The notes under the pieces were generated by a model. It worked only from the letters and a program-made list of their open reading frames with translations. It had not been told where the DNA came from and did no database searches. Below, in pieces: positions 18,501 to 25,980 of a stretch of DNA of 64,000 nt. The translations under genes were made by a program, and so were the position numbers. Position 1 is the stretch's first letter. Each line of letters begins with the position of its first letter. Source of the DNA: Myxococcales bacterium (lineage in GTDB: Bacteria; Myxococcota_A; UBA9042; GCA-2863065). The stretch lies in the NCBI GenBank assembly GCA_018780435.1, contig JADMJS010000204.1, positions 9,957-73,956 of the forward strand, written 5' to 3'.

Positions 18501-19737
18501 AGGTGCTGGCCACGACGTCGCACGTGTTCGTGGTGCAGACGTCCTCGTCGTCACAGTCCGCGTCGGTCGTGCAGCAATCGAGCAGCGGTCCGTTCACGCA
18601 CACAGCGACGGGACCCGACAGGTCGCAGGAGTCAGTCGTGCAGGTGTTCTGGTCATCGCAGTCCGAGTCGACTGCGCAGCCGGACTCGGCGATCGTGTAC
18701 GTGCAAGTACCGTTGGTACAGTCCTCTGCGGTCGCTGCGAGGCCGTCATCGCAGTCGGCAATAGCGACACACGCCGGGGCGGCACAGGTCGACGTGACCG
18801 TGAGGTCATCGATGAGGATCCCGAAGGTGTCGTTCTGGATCTCATCACCGGTGTCGAACGAGAAGCCCACGCGAACCGACTTCCCGGCCCAGGCGCTGAG
18901 GTCCACCCGAATGGTCTGCCACTCCTTGCTCAAGGTCACCAAGTCCTTCGCGAAGACTCGGTAGGAGCCGCCATCATCCTGGACCGTGGCGTAGAAGTAG
19001 TCCGCCTGGGGGAACGTCTCGATGTCGAGGACGGCCAGGAACGAGAGCTCGATGTTGGTGCCCTTCGGGAGCGCGATCGCACTTGAGACGGCGGTGCCGG
19101 CGTTCGCTTCCGCGCCGCTGTTGAAGCTCCAGGTGGTCGTGTTGCCGTAGTAGAGCGCGCCGGACGTGGTCGCCGTCGGGAGCGGCGCGCCGGCTGGGAT
19201 CACTTGCCAGCCGACGCTCTCATTCGTGTTGTCGAATTCGAAAACGACCGGGCTGTCGGCCTCGAAGTTGGCGAAGAGCGCGCTCGGTTCGCAGCACGAG
19301 AGGCTGTCGGACGGCGTGTGGATGCAGGAGCCATCGCTGGCGCACGAGTCGACTGTGCACGGGTCCTGATCGTCGCAGCCTTCGGCCGTGCAGGCGGGAC
19401 CGACGTCTTGCTCGACGTCCTGCTCGACGTCTTGTTCGACGTCCTCGGTCGGTGGCACGTCCTCGTCTGGCTCGACATCGTCCACCGGTGGGATGTCCTT
19501 TTCTGGCTCGACGTCTTCACCGACCGGAACATCCGCCGATGGCACGTCTTCGGCGACGTGAACGTCCTCCTCGGAGATGTCGTCCCAGGGGAGGACGTCG
19601 TTTGCGTCCGCGGCGCCATCGGAGCCATCGGTCTGGCCATCCGTGCCCGTATCCGGGACCTCGCCCGAGCCCGACGTACTGCTACACCCAAACGCCACCG
19701 ATGTAAGAAACGGCAGCAAGACCAATCGTCGCTTCAT
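15577..19737 (-). CDS. Cys-rich secreted lipoprotein with four MAM-like modules (1386 aa)
   Basis: The lipoprotein signal 'MKRRLVLLPFLTSVAFGCSS' starts at the ATG at 19735-19737; the track ORF is extended to 20253. There are four ~170-aa repeats ('GWQV...ALYYG...(I/V)L(I/V)DD'). They are separated by Cys-rich spacers of the type 'C..D.DCDD...C(T/S).D.C'. Confidence 0.85.
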   Translation of the reverse strand: MKRRLVLLPFLTSVAFGCSSTSGSGEVPDTGTDGQTDGSDGAADANDVLPWDDISEEDVHVAEDVPSADVPVGEDVEPEKDIPPVDDVEPDEDVPPTEDVEQDVEQDVEQDVGPACTAEGCDDQDPCTVDSCASDGSCIHTPSDSLSCCEPSALFANFEADSPVVFEFDNTNESVGWQVIPAGAPLPTATTSGALYYGNTTTWSFNSGAEANAGTAVSSAIALPKGTNIELSFLAVLDIETFPQADYFYATVQDDGGSYRVFAKDLVTLSKEWQTIRVDLSAWAGKSVRVGFSFDTGDEIQNDTFGILIDDLTVTSTCAAPACVAIADCDDGLAATAEDCTNGTCTYTIAESGCAVDSDCDDQNTCTTDSCDLSGPVAVCVNGPLLDCCTTDADCDDEDVCTTNTCDVVASTCESAPIEGCCNVDLDCADGDKCTSDTCGVNNTCTNENICCETVADCGGEGDACAKNACVAGGCLSAQTGAEGCCVAFEYVESFEDGTADGWTLSPLSIALGGQKFGWQVWNDPSEPGASASLYYGNPDLQNYGEGLESEGTATTGPITLPAGGSFTLSFDVFYGVELLPAYDVLEVVVDQGGGATPKLVWAKPELLPNQKNTFAKVAIDVTAYAGKTIAVSFVFRTGDPTINETLGILIDNVRVSASCTPSFCMLDTDCDDGNPLTAETCLIGKCYSGPALACASALDCDDESSCTTDVCLPNGSCQNTPQLGGCCETDSDCVGQAPNACAVGTCVESVPDPMFPFPPMFEKTCSYTQTAGCCLLDSECGDNNACTVDTCDVATHVCAHDNECCADGASCDDGSSCTVDACVDGQCLRADTNAAECCTPFSLTEDFDDGAANDWTLVNGSSSAGWSVWSTPAVGTSAALYYGSKTAQNFAPGKKTAGNAYTDFFTLPAGQGTRLTFTVYLDIDPDLDEFFTDSDTLTVLAVGDEMEDVVLWESNASTKLKEHVEVQVNLDAYAGKTLRLQFRFQAIAAGNTGLGVLVDDVAILSCQENACDEDPDCDDGDPKTTTVCKAGMCYQGPALPECEADVECDDGVVCTADVCKAGKCVNPQKPSCCTTDIECSDGESVCSTDLCVEGVCLAWPTGASGCCEPNALTETFADAELPGWTIDNDTVGIGWQVVTPPEAVWPSSALYYGVPDQWNFAYPDGPTSGVVLSAPYTVPNADSSTTIAFKVYIDTEVSENFDVFEVRIIAGSDVSRILTKAQLTQEGWVQVSGSLTPWAGKEIVIEFSFATMDNTVNDGLGVLIDDFEIATTCAITSCSADADCDDQSTDTQEACTSGKCAYGASFAQCAVDSDCGNADECSSGECIGGVCVYTAQANCCTSDEDCNDDDACTTDTCDAPPPSPMAPAPAGTCKYTPVAGMCIQP

Positions 19738-19878
19738 GCTTCCCCCACTCTCGAACCAATCTGGTCGGATGTGCGATGCTAGCAACGTTGTGGACTTTGG
19801 GCAAAGATCGCCCGCCGAGATGCCAGGGCGAAACGACATTGACATGCGGTTCGCGCTCTCGAAGATGGCCAAGTCTGC

Positions 19879-21273
19879 GTGGAGGCGGACGCCATGAGTC
19901 AACATGTGATCGGACGAAACAGGATAGTGACCTGCGGCGCAGTCGTCACTTGGCTCTTCTCGGGGTGGGGCTGCGTGGACGCGCCCCCGAGTGTGGACAA
20001 CGGGGTCGCGGGTGTAGACGGAGCGGACGGTGTCGACGGTGTCGACGGCGTGGACGGCGTGGACGGCCTCGACGGTGGAACGTCGTGCGAGGCGATCGTG
20101 CCCCCGAATCCCGACCCGGACTTCGTGGCGGGCCCGAAGGCGGCGTCGTTGGCGATCTTCGACGCGACACGCCTCGTCCCAATCGCCATCGACTTCCCAG
20201 AAGGTGAGTGGGCACTCTTCGAGTCGACATGGAAGGACCCGAAGTGGTCGCAACCCGGCGTGGACGAGGCGTGGGAGGCCAGCAAGTCGAGCGCGTGGGT
20301 GAGGTGCAGCGTCACGGTGGAAGGGGAGACCTATGCTGATGCCGCCTGCCGACCGCGCGGGAGTCCAGAGGGCTGGGCCAAGGAGAAGAAGCCGCAGATT
20401 CGGATGAAGTTCAACGAGTGGAACAAAGACGGGCGCTTCCGAGGCCTGAGGTCATTGAGCTTGGAGTACCAACGACGGGACGCGGCTCCTGTTCGCGACT
20501 TCGTGGCGATGCGACTGATGGCAGATGCCGGGGTCCCTGCCCCACGAGTATCTCATATGCGGTTGACCCTCGACGGTCTGGATCGCGGCGTCTATCAAGC
20601 CATCGAGCCCGTTGACCACGAGTTCCTGGAGGACCACTTCCCAGACGCCAACGGCAACCTCTACGAGGGCGGCTACCTGAAGAAGACGAACGAGGAGAAC
20701 CCGAGCCTGTGCGACATGGTCGCCGTCAACGACCTGGTGGCGCTCGAACCGCTGGGCGGCTCTCACGAGGCTTTCGTAGCCGCGTTCACGAACCTGGTGG
20801 ACGTGGACCAGGTGCTTCGGGTCATGGCGGCCGAGTCGGTCTTTCCGACCGGTGACAACCTGTCGAACGGGAGCACCAACTTCTTCTACTACGCGCGCCC
20901 AGACGGCCGCTTCGTGGCGATTCCGTGGGACCTCGATGGCGTTCTACAGGGGGAGGAAGACAACATGGTCGAGGTACCCCCCTACGCCTACGATGGGCCG
21001 GCCGACGCCTCGGTGAAGCTCATCGCGCTCGTGCCCGAGGTACCAACCTGGCGGGCCGTCTTCGAAGACGCGCTCGTCGAGATTCGAGACGGGCAATTCG
21101 CAGATCTGGCGGACTGGGTCGAGGCGCGGTGCGCGATGCTCGCTCCGGAGCTCGAGACCGACGAGGCGTGGCTCGCGGAGCATGACGCCAGCGCGCTCCA
21201 AGACGACTGCGCCTCCATTGTCCGGCAAGTCGAGAAGCGCACCGCCTATCTGAAGACTGCGCTCGGGCGCTGA
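19879..21273 (+). CDS. CotH-family kinase-like protein (secreted/lipoprotein)
   Basis: 'LSLEYQRRDAAPVRDFVAMRLMADAGVPAPRVSHMRLTLDGLDRGVYQAIEPVDHEFLEDHF...NLYEG' is the typical CotH core. The N-terminal region has 'LFSGWGC' followed by a (G-V/A-D)n linker. The start could be 19879 or 19894. Confidence 0.8.
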   Translation: MEADAMSQHVIGRNRIVTCGAVVTWLFSGWGCVDAPPSVDNGVAGVDGADGVDGVDGVDGVDGLDGGTSCEAIVPPNPDPDFVAGPKAASLAIFDATRLVPIAIDFPEGEWALFESTWKDPKWSQPGVDEAWEASKSSAWVRCSVTVEGETYADAACRPRGSPEGWAKEKKPQIRMKFNEWNKDGRFRGLRSLSLEYQRRDAAPVRDFVAMRLMADAGVPAPRVSHMRLTLDGLDRGVYQAIEPVDHEFLEDHFPDANGNLYEGGYLKKTNEENPSLCDMVAVNDLVALEPLGGSHEAFVAAFTNLVDVDQVLRVMAAESVFPTGDNLSNGSTNFFYYARPDGRFVAIPWDLDGVLQGEEDNMVEVPPYAYDGPADASVKLIALVPEVPTWRAVFEDALVEIRDGQFADLADWVEARCAMLAPELETDEAWLAEHDASALQDDCASIVRQVEKRTAYLKTALGR

Positions 21274-21378
21274 TCGCTCGCGTGGGTGCGCCAACCTGAA
21301 ACCATCGCCGCCGAGTAGCGTACGGTGAGGTGACGGTCCGGGTGGGCCGCCGCCAACGCCGCGCACAGGAGCCCCCAA

Positions 21379-22143
21379 ATGAACTGGAAGATCGTCCTCC
21401 CTGTCCTCGCCCTCTCACACGCCGCGGTCGGCGCCGGAGGATTCTTCTTCGCGCGATCGTTGCTCGTAAAAGACCCCGCCTGGGTCGAGCAGAACCGAGC
21501 AGTCGACGCCAAGCTCAACGCGATCGACGCGGCGTCAGGAGCGCCCGCGACGGGTGGCGTGCCACCGGCCGGTTTCGTGCAAGGGAAGCGGACCTTCCAG
21601 ATTCAGAGCCACGGCATGAGCCGGGTCTCGTTCACCTCGGACGCGCCGCTCGAGCAGATCGTCGGGACGACGACGTCCGTCAGCGGCGACCTCACGCTCG
21701 ACGCCGCAGCGGTGGAGAAGTCGACGGCCACGGGCGTTCGTGTGGCCGTCGGGACGCTGAAGACCGGAATCGACAAGCGGGACGAGCACTTGCAAGGCGA
21801 AGGGTGGTTCCACACCGAGAAGTACCCGGACGCCGAGTTCGCGCTCGAGTCCGTCGGTGCCGTCGCGGGGGGGCTCTGGCCTGGCCGCACGGTCGAGACC
21901 CCCATCACAGGCTCGCTCACTATCAAAGGGCAGGCCAAAGCCGTGAAGGCGGTCGCGACGGTGTCGTGGGTACCGCACTCGCCGGACCTCGCGAAGTTCG
22001 GCATCAAAGGCGACATCCTGCGCGTCAAGACCCGCTTCGACGTGACGCTGGCGGACTTCGGCATGAGCGCCGAGGTCATCGGTCAGAAGGTGGCCGAGGT
22101 GGTGTCGGTCGACCTCAATCTGACGCTGGTCGCGGCGGAATGA
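21379..22143 (+). CDS. YceI-family periplasmic protein
   Basis: An N-terminal TM/signal segment is followed by 'HLQGEGWFHTEKYPDAEFAL' and a beta-barrel-like remainder typical of YceI. Confidence 0.85.
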   Translation: MNWKIVLPVLALSHAAVGAGGFFFARSLLVKDPAWVEQNRAVDAKLNAIDAASGAPATGGVPPAGFVQGKRTFQIQSHGMSRVSFTSDAPLEQIVGTTTSVSGDLTLDAAAVEKSTATGVRVAVGTLKTGIDKRDEHLQGEGWFHTEKYPDAEFALESVGAVAGGLWPGRTVETPITGSLTIKGQAKAVKAVATVSWVPHSPDLAKFGIKGDILRVKTRFDVTLADFGMSAEVIGQKVAEVVSVDLNLTLVAAE

Positions 22144-22507
22144 GGTAGTTGCCCTTGCCGGGTATGAGGTGCCGGATACCGCCCCTCGGGTCCGGGACAT
22201 CGCCGTGATAACGAGGGATTAGGTGTACGTGCACGTGCATCACCGTCTGGCCGGCGGCGACGCCCGCGTTGATCCCGATGTTGTAGCCGTCCGGCTTGAA
22301 GCGGGCGTCGAGGACGCGCTTCACGTCGTCGATGAGCGCCATGAGCGCGCTCTGCTCCTCGCGCGTCGCGTCGAACCACGTCGGCACCACACGGCGTGGG
22401 ACCAGGAGCGCGTGGCCGGGGCTCACGGGGAAGCCGTCGAAGATGGCGAAAGCCAAGTCGTTGCTGGCGATGTGATCCGAGACCGGGCGTTCTAGGAAGA
22501 CCGACAT
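22115..22507 (-). CDS. HIT-family nucleotide hydrolase/transferase
   Basis: Histidine triad 'QTVMHVHVHLIPRY'. There is a 29-nt convergent overlap with the 3' end of the YceI gene. Confidence 0.9.
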   Translation of the reverse strand: MSVFLERPVSDHIASNDLAFAIFDGFPVSPGHALLVPRRVVPTWFDATREEQSALMALIDDVKRVLDARFKPDGYNIGINAGVAAGQTVMHVHVHLIPRYHGDVPDPRGGIRHLIPGKGNYLIPPRPASD

Positions 22508-22594
22508 CGCGAGAGACTAGCGGTTCATTTCGGTTCTGGCACTTGCGGGACCCCGATCGGGCGCCATCTTTCGGGCCCCTTCCAAGGAGCCCCC

Positions 22595-22963
22595 ATGCCG
22601 CGTGAAATCCTCCCCGAAGTCCAAATCCACCCCGCCATCCGAGAGTTCATCTCGAACAACCACAAGGACATCGTGGACGAGGTGAAGGCCGCCGTCGCAT
22701 CGAACGACGTCGTGGTCGTCGGGATGGCGCAGAACCCGGTGCCCAAGAAGGCGCGCAAGCTCCTGACCCAGGCGGGGATCCCGTTCAAGTACCTCGAATA
22801 CGGCAGCTACGTGAGCATGTGGCGTCGCCGCAACGCCATCAAGATGTGGACGGGCTGGCCGACCTTCCCGCAGATCTTCGTCAAGGGCACCTTCATCGGT
22901 GGCGGTGCGGATCTCGAGAAGCTCATCGCGTCCGGCGAGCTCAAGCAACTACTCGGCGGCTGA
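22595..22963 (+). CDS. monothiol-glutaredoxin-like protein lacking the active-site Cys
   Basis: The C-terminal half, 'WPTFPQIFVKGTFIGGGADLEKLIASGELKQLL', is Grx4-like. The position of the CGFS motif reads 'NPVPKKA'. An AAGGAG sequence lies 6 nt upstream of the ATG. Confidence 0.8.
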   Translation: MPREILPEVQIHPAIREFISNNHKDIVDEVKAAVASNDVVVVGMAQNPVPKKARKLLTQAGIPFKYLEYGSYVSMWRRRNAIKMWTGWPTFPQIFVKGTFIGGGADLEKLIASGELKQLLGG

Positions 22964-22974
22964 TCGCGCCACGG

Positions 22975-25413
22975 TCAGCTGAGACTTTGAGGATCGACGT
23001 CGATGTGCACCTTCACGTCGCCGGTGATCTCGGAGAGCGGGCCGACGAGGTGGTGCAGCAGCGCGTGCAAGTCGTTCCGATGCGCGCTCTTCAGGAGCAC
23101 GAGGTAGCGCGTTCGGCCGCGGATGCGCTCGATGGGCGCGAGGCTGGGCCCGACGATCGCCACGTCAAGGGCGACGTCGGTCGCGATGTTCCTCGCCGTG
23201 CGCGCCACGAGGCCGGCGGCGTCGGAGACGTCCTTCGGGTCGAGCGCGTCGAGTCTGAGCAGGACGATGTAGCCGAAAGGCGGATTGCCAAGGCGGCGTC
23301 GCCGTCGTGATTCCTCGGCGACGAAGGCAAGAAAGTCGTGATTCTGCGCGGCCTTGAGCGCGTAGTGTTCGGTCTGTGACGTCTGAATGAGGACCCGCCC
23401 GGGCCGGTCGTGACGGCCGGCCCGGCCGGCCACCTGCGTCATGAGCTGGAAGGTGCGTTCGGCGGCGCGGAAGTCGGGCACCCCGAGGCTGTGCTCGCCC
23501 TGCAGCACGCCGACGAGGGTGACTTTCGGGAAGTCGTGGCCCTTGGCGACCATCTGAGTGCCGACCAGGATGTCGATCTCATGATTACGGAAGGCGTCGA
23601 GCAGCTCGGTCAACGCGTCGCCGCGCGTCGTGTCGCGGTCCATACGGCCGATGCGGGCCGAGGGGAGCACGCGAGTGAGGACGGCTTCGACCTGCTCGGT
23701 GCCCGTGCCTTCGTGTTCGAGGAGGTGGCTCTGGCACTTGGGGCAGCGCTCCGGCAGTCGCGTCTGGAAGCCGCAGAGGTGGCAGGCGAGGCGGCGAAGA
23801 CGGCGGTGAAACGTGAGGCCGATCGTACACGAGGGGCATTCGACGGCGGACTCGCACGCGCGACAGGTGAAGGAGGGTGCGTAGCCACGACGGTTCAGGA
23901 ACAGGATGGCCTGTTCGCCGCGAGCGACCGTCTCTTCGAGCGCCTTCACGAGAGGTGCCGTGAGGAGCGCCTCCGGCCACGCGTAAGCGACCTCGCCGAC
24001 GTCGATGAACTCGACCTCGGGCATATCGCGGTCGCCGACGCGGCCCGGGAGATCGAGGCGGGTGAGCCGCCCCTTCTCCGAGTTCACCCATGTCTCGAGT
24101 GATGGCGTCGCGGAGCCCAGCACGACTGGGCAGCCGAGCTGCCGGCCCCGGTAGAGCGCGAGATCCCGGGCGTGGTAGCGCGGGGTCTCGTCCTGCTTGA
24201 AAGAGCCTTCGTGTTCCTCGTCGACGACGATGATGCCGAGGCGCGGCAGCGGTGCGAAGAGCGCCGAGCGCGCGCCGACGACGATGCGGCGCTGGCCTCG
24301 TCGGATGAGCTCCCACTGGTCGAGCCGTTCGCCGTCGGAGAGCGCGCTGTGAAGGACGGCCACGTCGTCGCCGAAGCGGGCGCGGAAGCGGCCGGCGAGC
24401 TGAGGCGTGAGGGCGATCTCGGGAACGAGGACGAGGCCAGTCTGGCCGCGCTCGAGGGCGATGCGGAGCGACTCGAGGTAGACCTCCGTCTTGCCGCTGC
24501 CGGTGACGCCGAAGAGGAGGAAGCCCTCGTAGCCATTGGCATTCGTGATCGCCTTCACGGCCCGAGCCTGGGCCGCAGTGAGAACGGGCGGCGGGTGGGC
24601 GTGGACCTCGGCGCCGTGCCACGGATCGCGAAAGACCTGCTTCTTGTCGATGGTGACGGCGCCGACGGCGGCGAGGCGACGCACGGCGGCCGTCGCCCCG
24701 GGGAGCCGTGCGGAGAGCTCCGAGGACTCCATCGGGCCCTCGGCGAGGAGCAATGCGAAGGCCTGCGCAGGGAGGCCCCCAGCGCGGATGCCGTCGGGGA
24801 GCTCAGGCACAGCGGCGGTGATGATGCTCGCGTAACGAGCCACCGCGGTCGGGCGTTCGAGCTCGTAAGCGATGGTGATGAGGCCGTCGTCGACGAGGTG
24901 GAGGAGGCGTCGCAGCGTGATGGGCGCGGCGTCGACTTTCATGCCGTCTTCGAGGCCGGCGAGGCGCGGATCGGTGATGGCGGCTTTGCCGGCGTCGGTC
25001 AGGCGGAGGCGGCGGGCGTCTTGGACGTTGAGACCGCCAGGCAGGCCGCCTCGGATGACGTCGCCGAGGGCCGCGCAGTAGTAGTCGGCGATGAAGCGGA
25101 AGAGCGAGAGCATCTCGCGGTCGAAGAGCGTTCGTTCATCGAGGACGTCCAGGACGGCCTTGAGCGCGAAGTCGGTCGCGGAGACGTCGCGGATGTCGAT
25201 GACATAAGCCGTGATTCGCCGGTTGGCCTTGCCGAGGGGAACGAGGACGCGGCGGCCGACCTCGACCCGGGTCTCGAGGTCGGTCGGGATTCCGTAGCTG
25301 AGCTGGCCGCGTGGCCCCCGCGGCACGGCGACGACGGCTTCGCGGGCGAATGGGGTTGTTTCGCTCGGGGACGCCGCACCCGGCTGCACCTGAGCTGCAG
25401 GCGCCGCACTCAT
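22975..25413 (-). CDS. priA: primosomal replication-restart helicase PriA
   Basis: Walker A 'GVTGSGKTEVY', 'VVDEEHEGSFKQ', and a Cys-rich zinc module 'CRACESAVECPSC...CHLCG...CPKC'. Length is 812 aa. Confidence 0.95.
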   Translation of the reverse strand: MSAAPAAQVQPGAASPSETTPFAREAVVAVPRGPRGQLSYGIPTDLETRVEVGRRVLVPLGKANRRITAYVIDIRDVSATDFALKAVLDVLDERTLFDREMLSLFRFIADYYCAALGDVIRGGLPGGLNVQDARRLRLTDAGKAAITDPRLAGLEDGMKVDAAPITLRRLLHLVDDGLITIAYELERPTAVARYASIITAAVPELPDGIRAGGLPAQAFALLLAEGPMESSELSARLPGATAAVRRLAAVGAVTIDKKQVFRDPWHGAEVHAHPPPVLTAAQARAVKAITNANGYEGFLLFGVTGSGKTEVYLESLRIALERGQTGLVLVPEIALTPQLAGRFRARFGDDVAVLHSALSDGERLDQWELIRRGQRRIVVGARSALFAPLPRLGIIVVDEEHEGSFKQDETPRYHARDLALYRGRQLGCPVVLGSATPSLETWVNSEKGRLTRLDLPGRVGDRDMPEVEFIDVGEVAYAWPEALLTAPLVKALEETVARGEQAILFLNRRGYAPSFTCRACESAVECPSCTIGLTFHRRLRRLACHLCGFQTRLPERCPKCQSHLLEHEGTGTEQVEAVLTRVLPSARIGRMDRDTTRGDALTELLDAFRNHEIDILVGTQMVAKGHDFPKVTLVGVLQGEHSLGVPDFRAAERTFQLMTQVAGRAGRHDRPGRVLIQTSQTEHYALKAAQNHDFLAFVAEESRRRRRLGNPPFGYIVLLRLDALDPKDVSDAAGLVARTARNIATDVALDVAIVGPSLAPIERIRGRTRYLVLLKSAHRNDLHALLHHLVGPLSEITGDVKVHIDVDPQSLS

Positions 25414-25976
25414 GGGGCGATCTGTTTGTCCTTCTTCTCCGGCGGTCGCTCTTGCTTGTTCTTGTCGGGCGCGGCGGTGGGCTTCTTCATGTCGTCGAGC
25501 ACGCGCTTGACCTCTTTCTGGCCCTCCTTCTTGTCGCCCTCCTTCTCCTTGTCCTTCTTGATTTGGTCTTCGTGTTTCTTCGGAAACGCGGCATTGTACA
25601 TGATGTAGTACTGATAATTACGTTCTCGAAGGGCACCCAGTCGACGCTCGATGGCGCTCAGCGCTTCGAGCAGCAGCTGGAGGATGCGCATCACCATCTC
25701 AAGCTGGAGTCGGGCCTCGGGCTCGCGGCGGCCCTGCAGGCGCTCTTGGAGACTTCGCATGAGGCCAATGTCGGAGCGGATCTCGCTGTTCATGCGCGAG
25801 AGGTTCGACAGCTCGTGCTCCCGGTCGATTCGTTGCGTGATCTCGCGCCAGAACATCGCGACGTGTTCGATGGACGAGTCCACCTGGCCGCGGGTACGCA
25901 GGTTGTCGATCTCGCGGTCCCGCTGCCAGACCAGGGCCGAGACTTCGGGGAACGCATGCGTGTCGATGGAGGACAT
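25410..25976 (-). CDS. hypothetical coiled-coil protein with a Lys/Glu-rich tail (188 aa)
   Basis: The ATG at 25974-25976 is 5 nt after the hisD stop. The stop overlaps the priA ATG by 4 nt. I recognise no family. Confidence 0.55.
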   Translation of the reverse strand: MSSIDTHAFPEVSALVWQRDREIDNLRTRGQVDSSIEHVAMFWREITQRIDREHELSNLSRMNSEIRSDIGLMRSLQERLQGRREPEARLQLEMVMRILQLLLEALSAIERRLGALRERNYQYYIMYNAAFPKKHEDQIKKDKEKEGDKKEGQKEVKRVLDDMKKPTAAPDKNKQERPPEKKDKQIAP

Positions 25977-25980
25977 GGCG

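Noticed and set aside
16264-19086. A 940-aa plus-strand ORF antisense to the Cys-rich lipoprotein gene, together with the 16002-19700 family of shorter ORFs.
   Set aside because: It has low-complexity Arg/Ala/Gly composition and no motifs. The minus-strand frame shows a four-fold domain structure with regular Cys spacing.
13450-20253. Over-extended N-termini in the track for def (13450), fmt (13869) and the Cys-rich lipoprotein (20253). The same applies elsewhere to hisD (27465), the cyclase (28053), the deacetylase (47766), the TMEM175 homologue (49460), the AgmX-like gene (36427) and the propeller-thioredoxin gene (56889).
   Set aside because: The extensions have no family similarity, they overlap neighbouring genes, and internal starts with Shine-Dalgarno sequences and/or signal peptides give canonical protein lengths.
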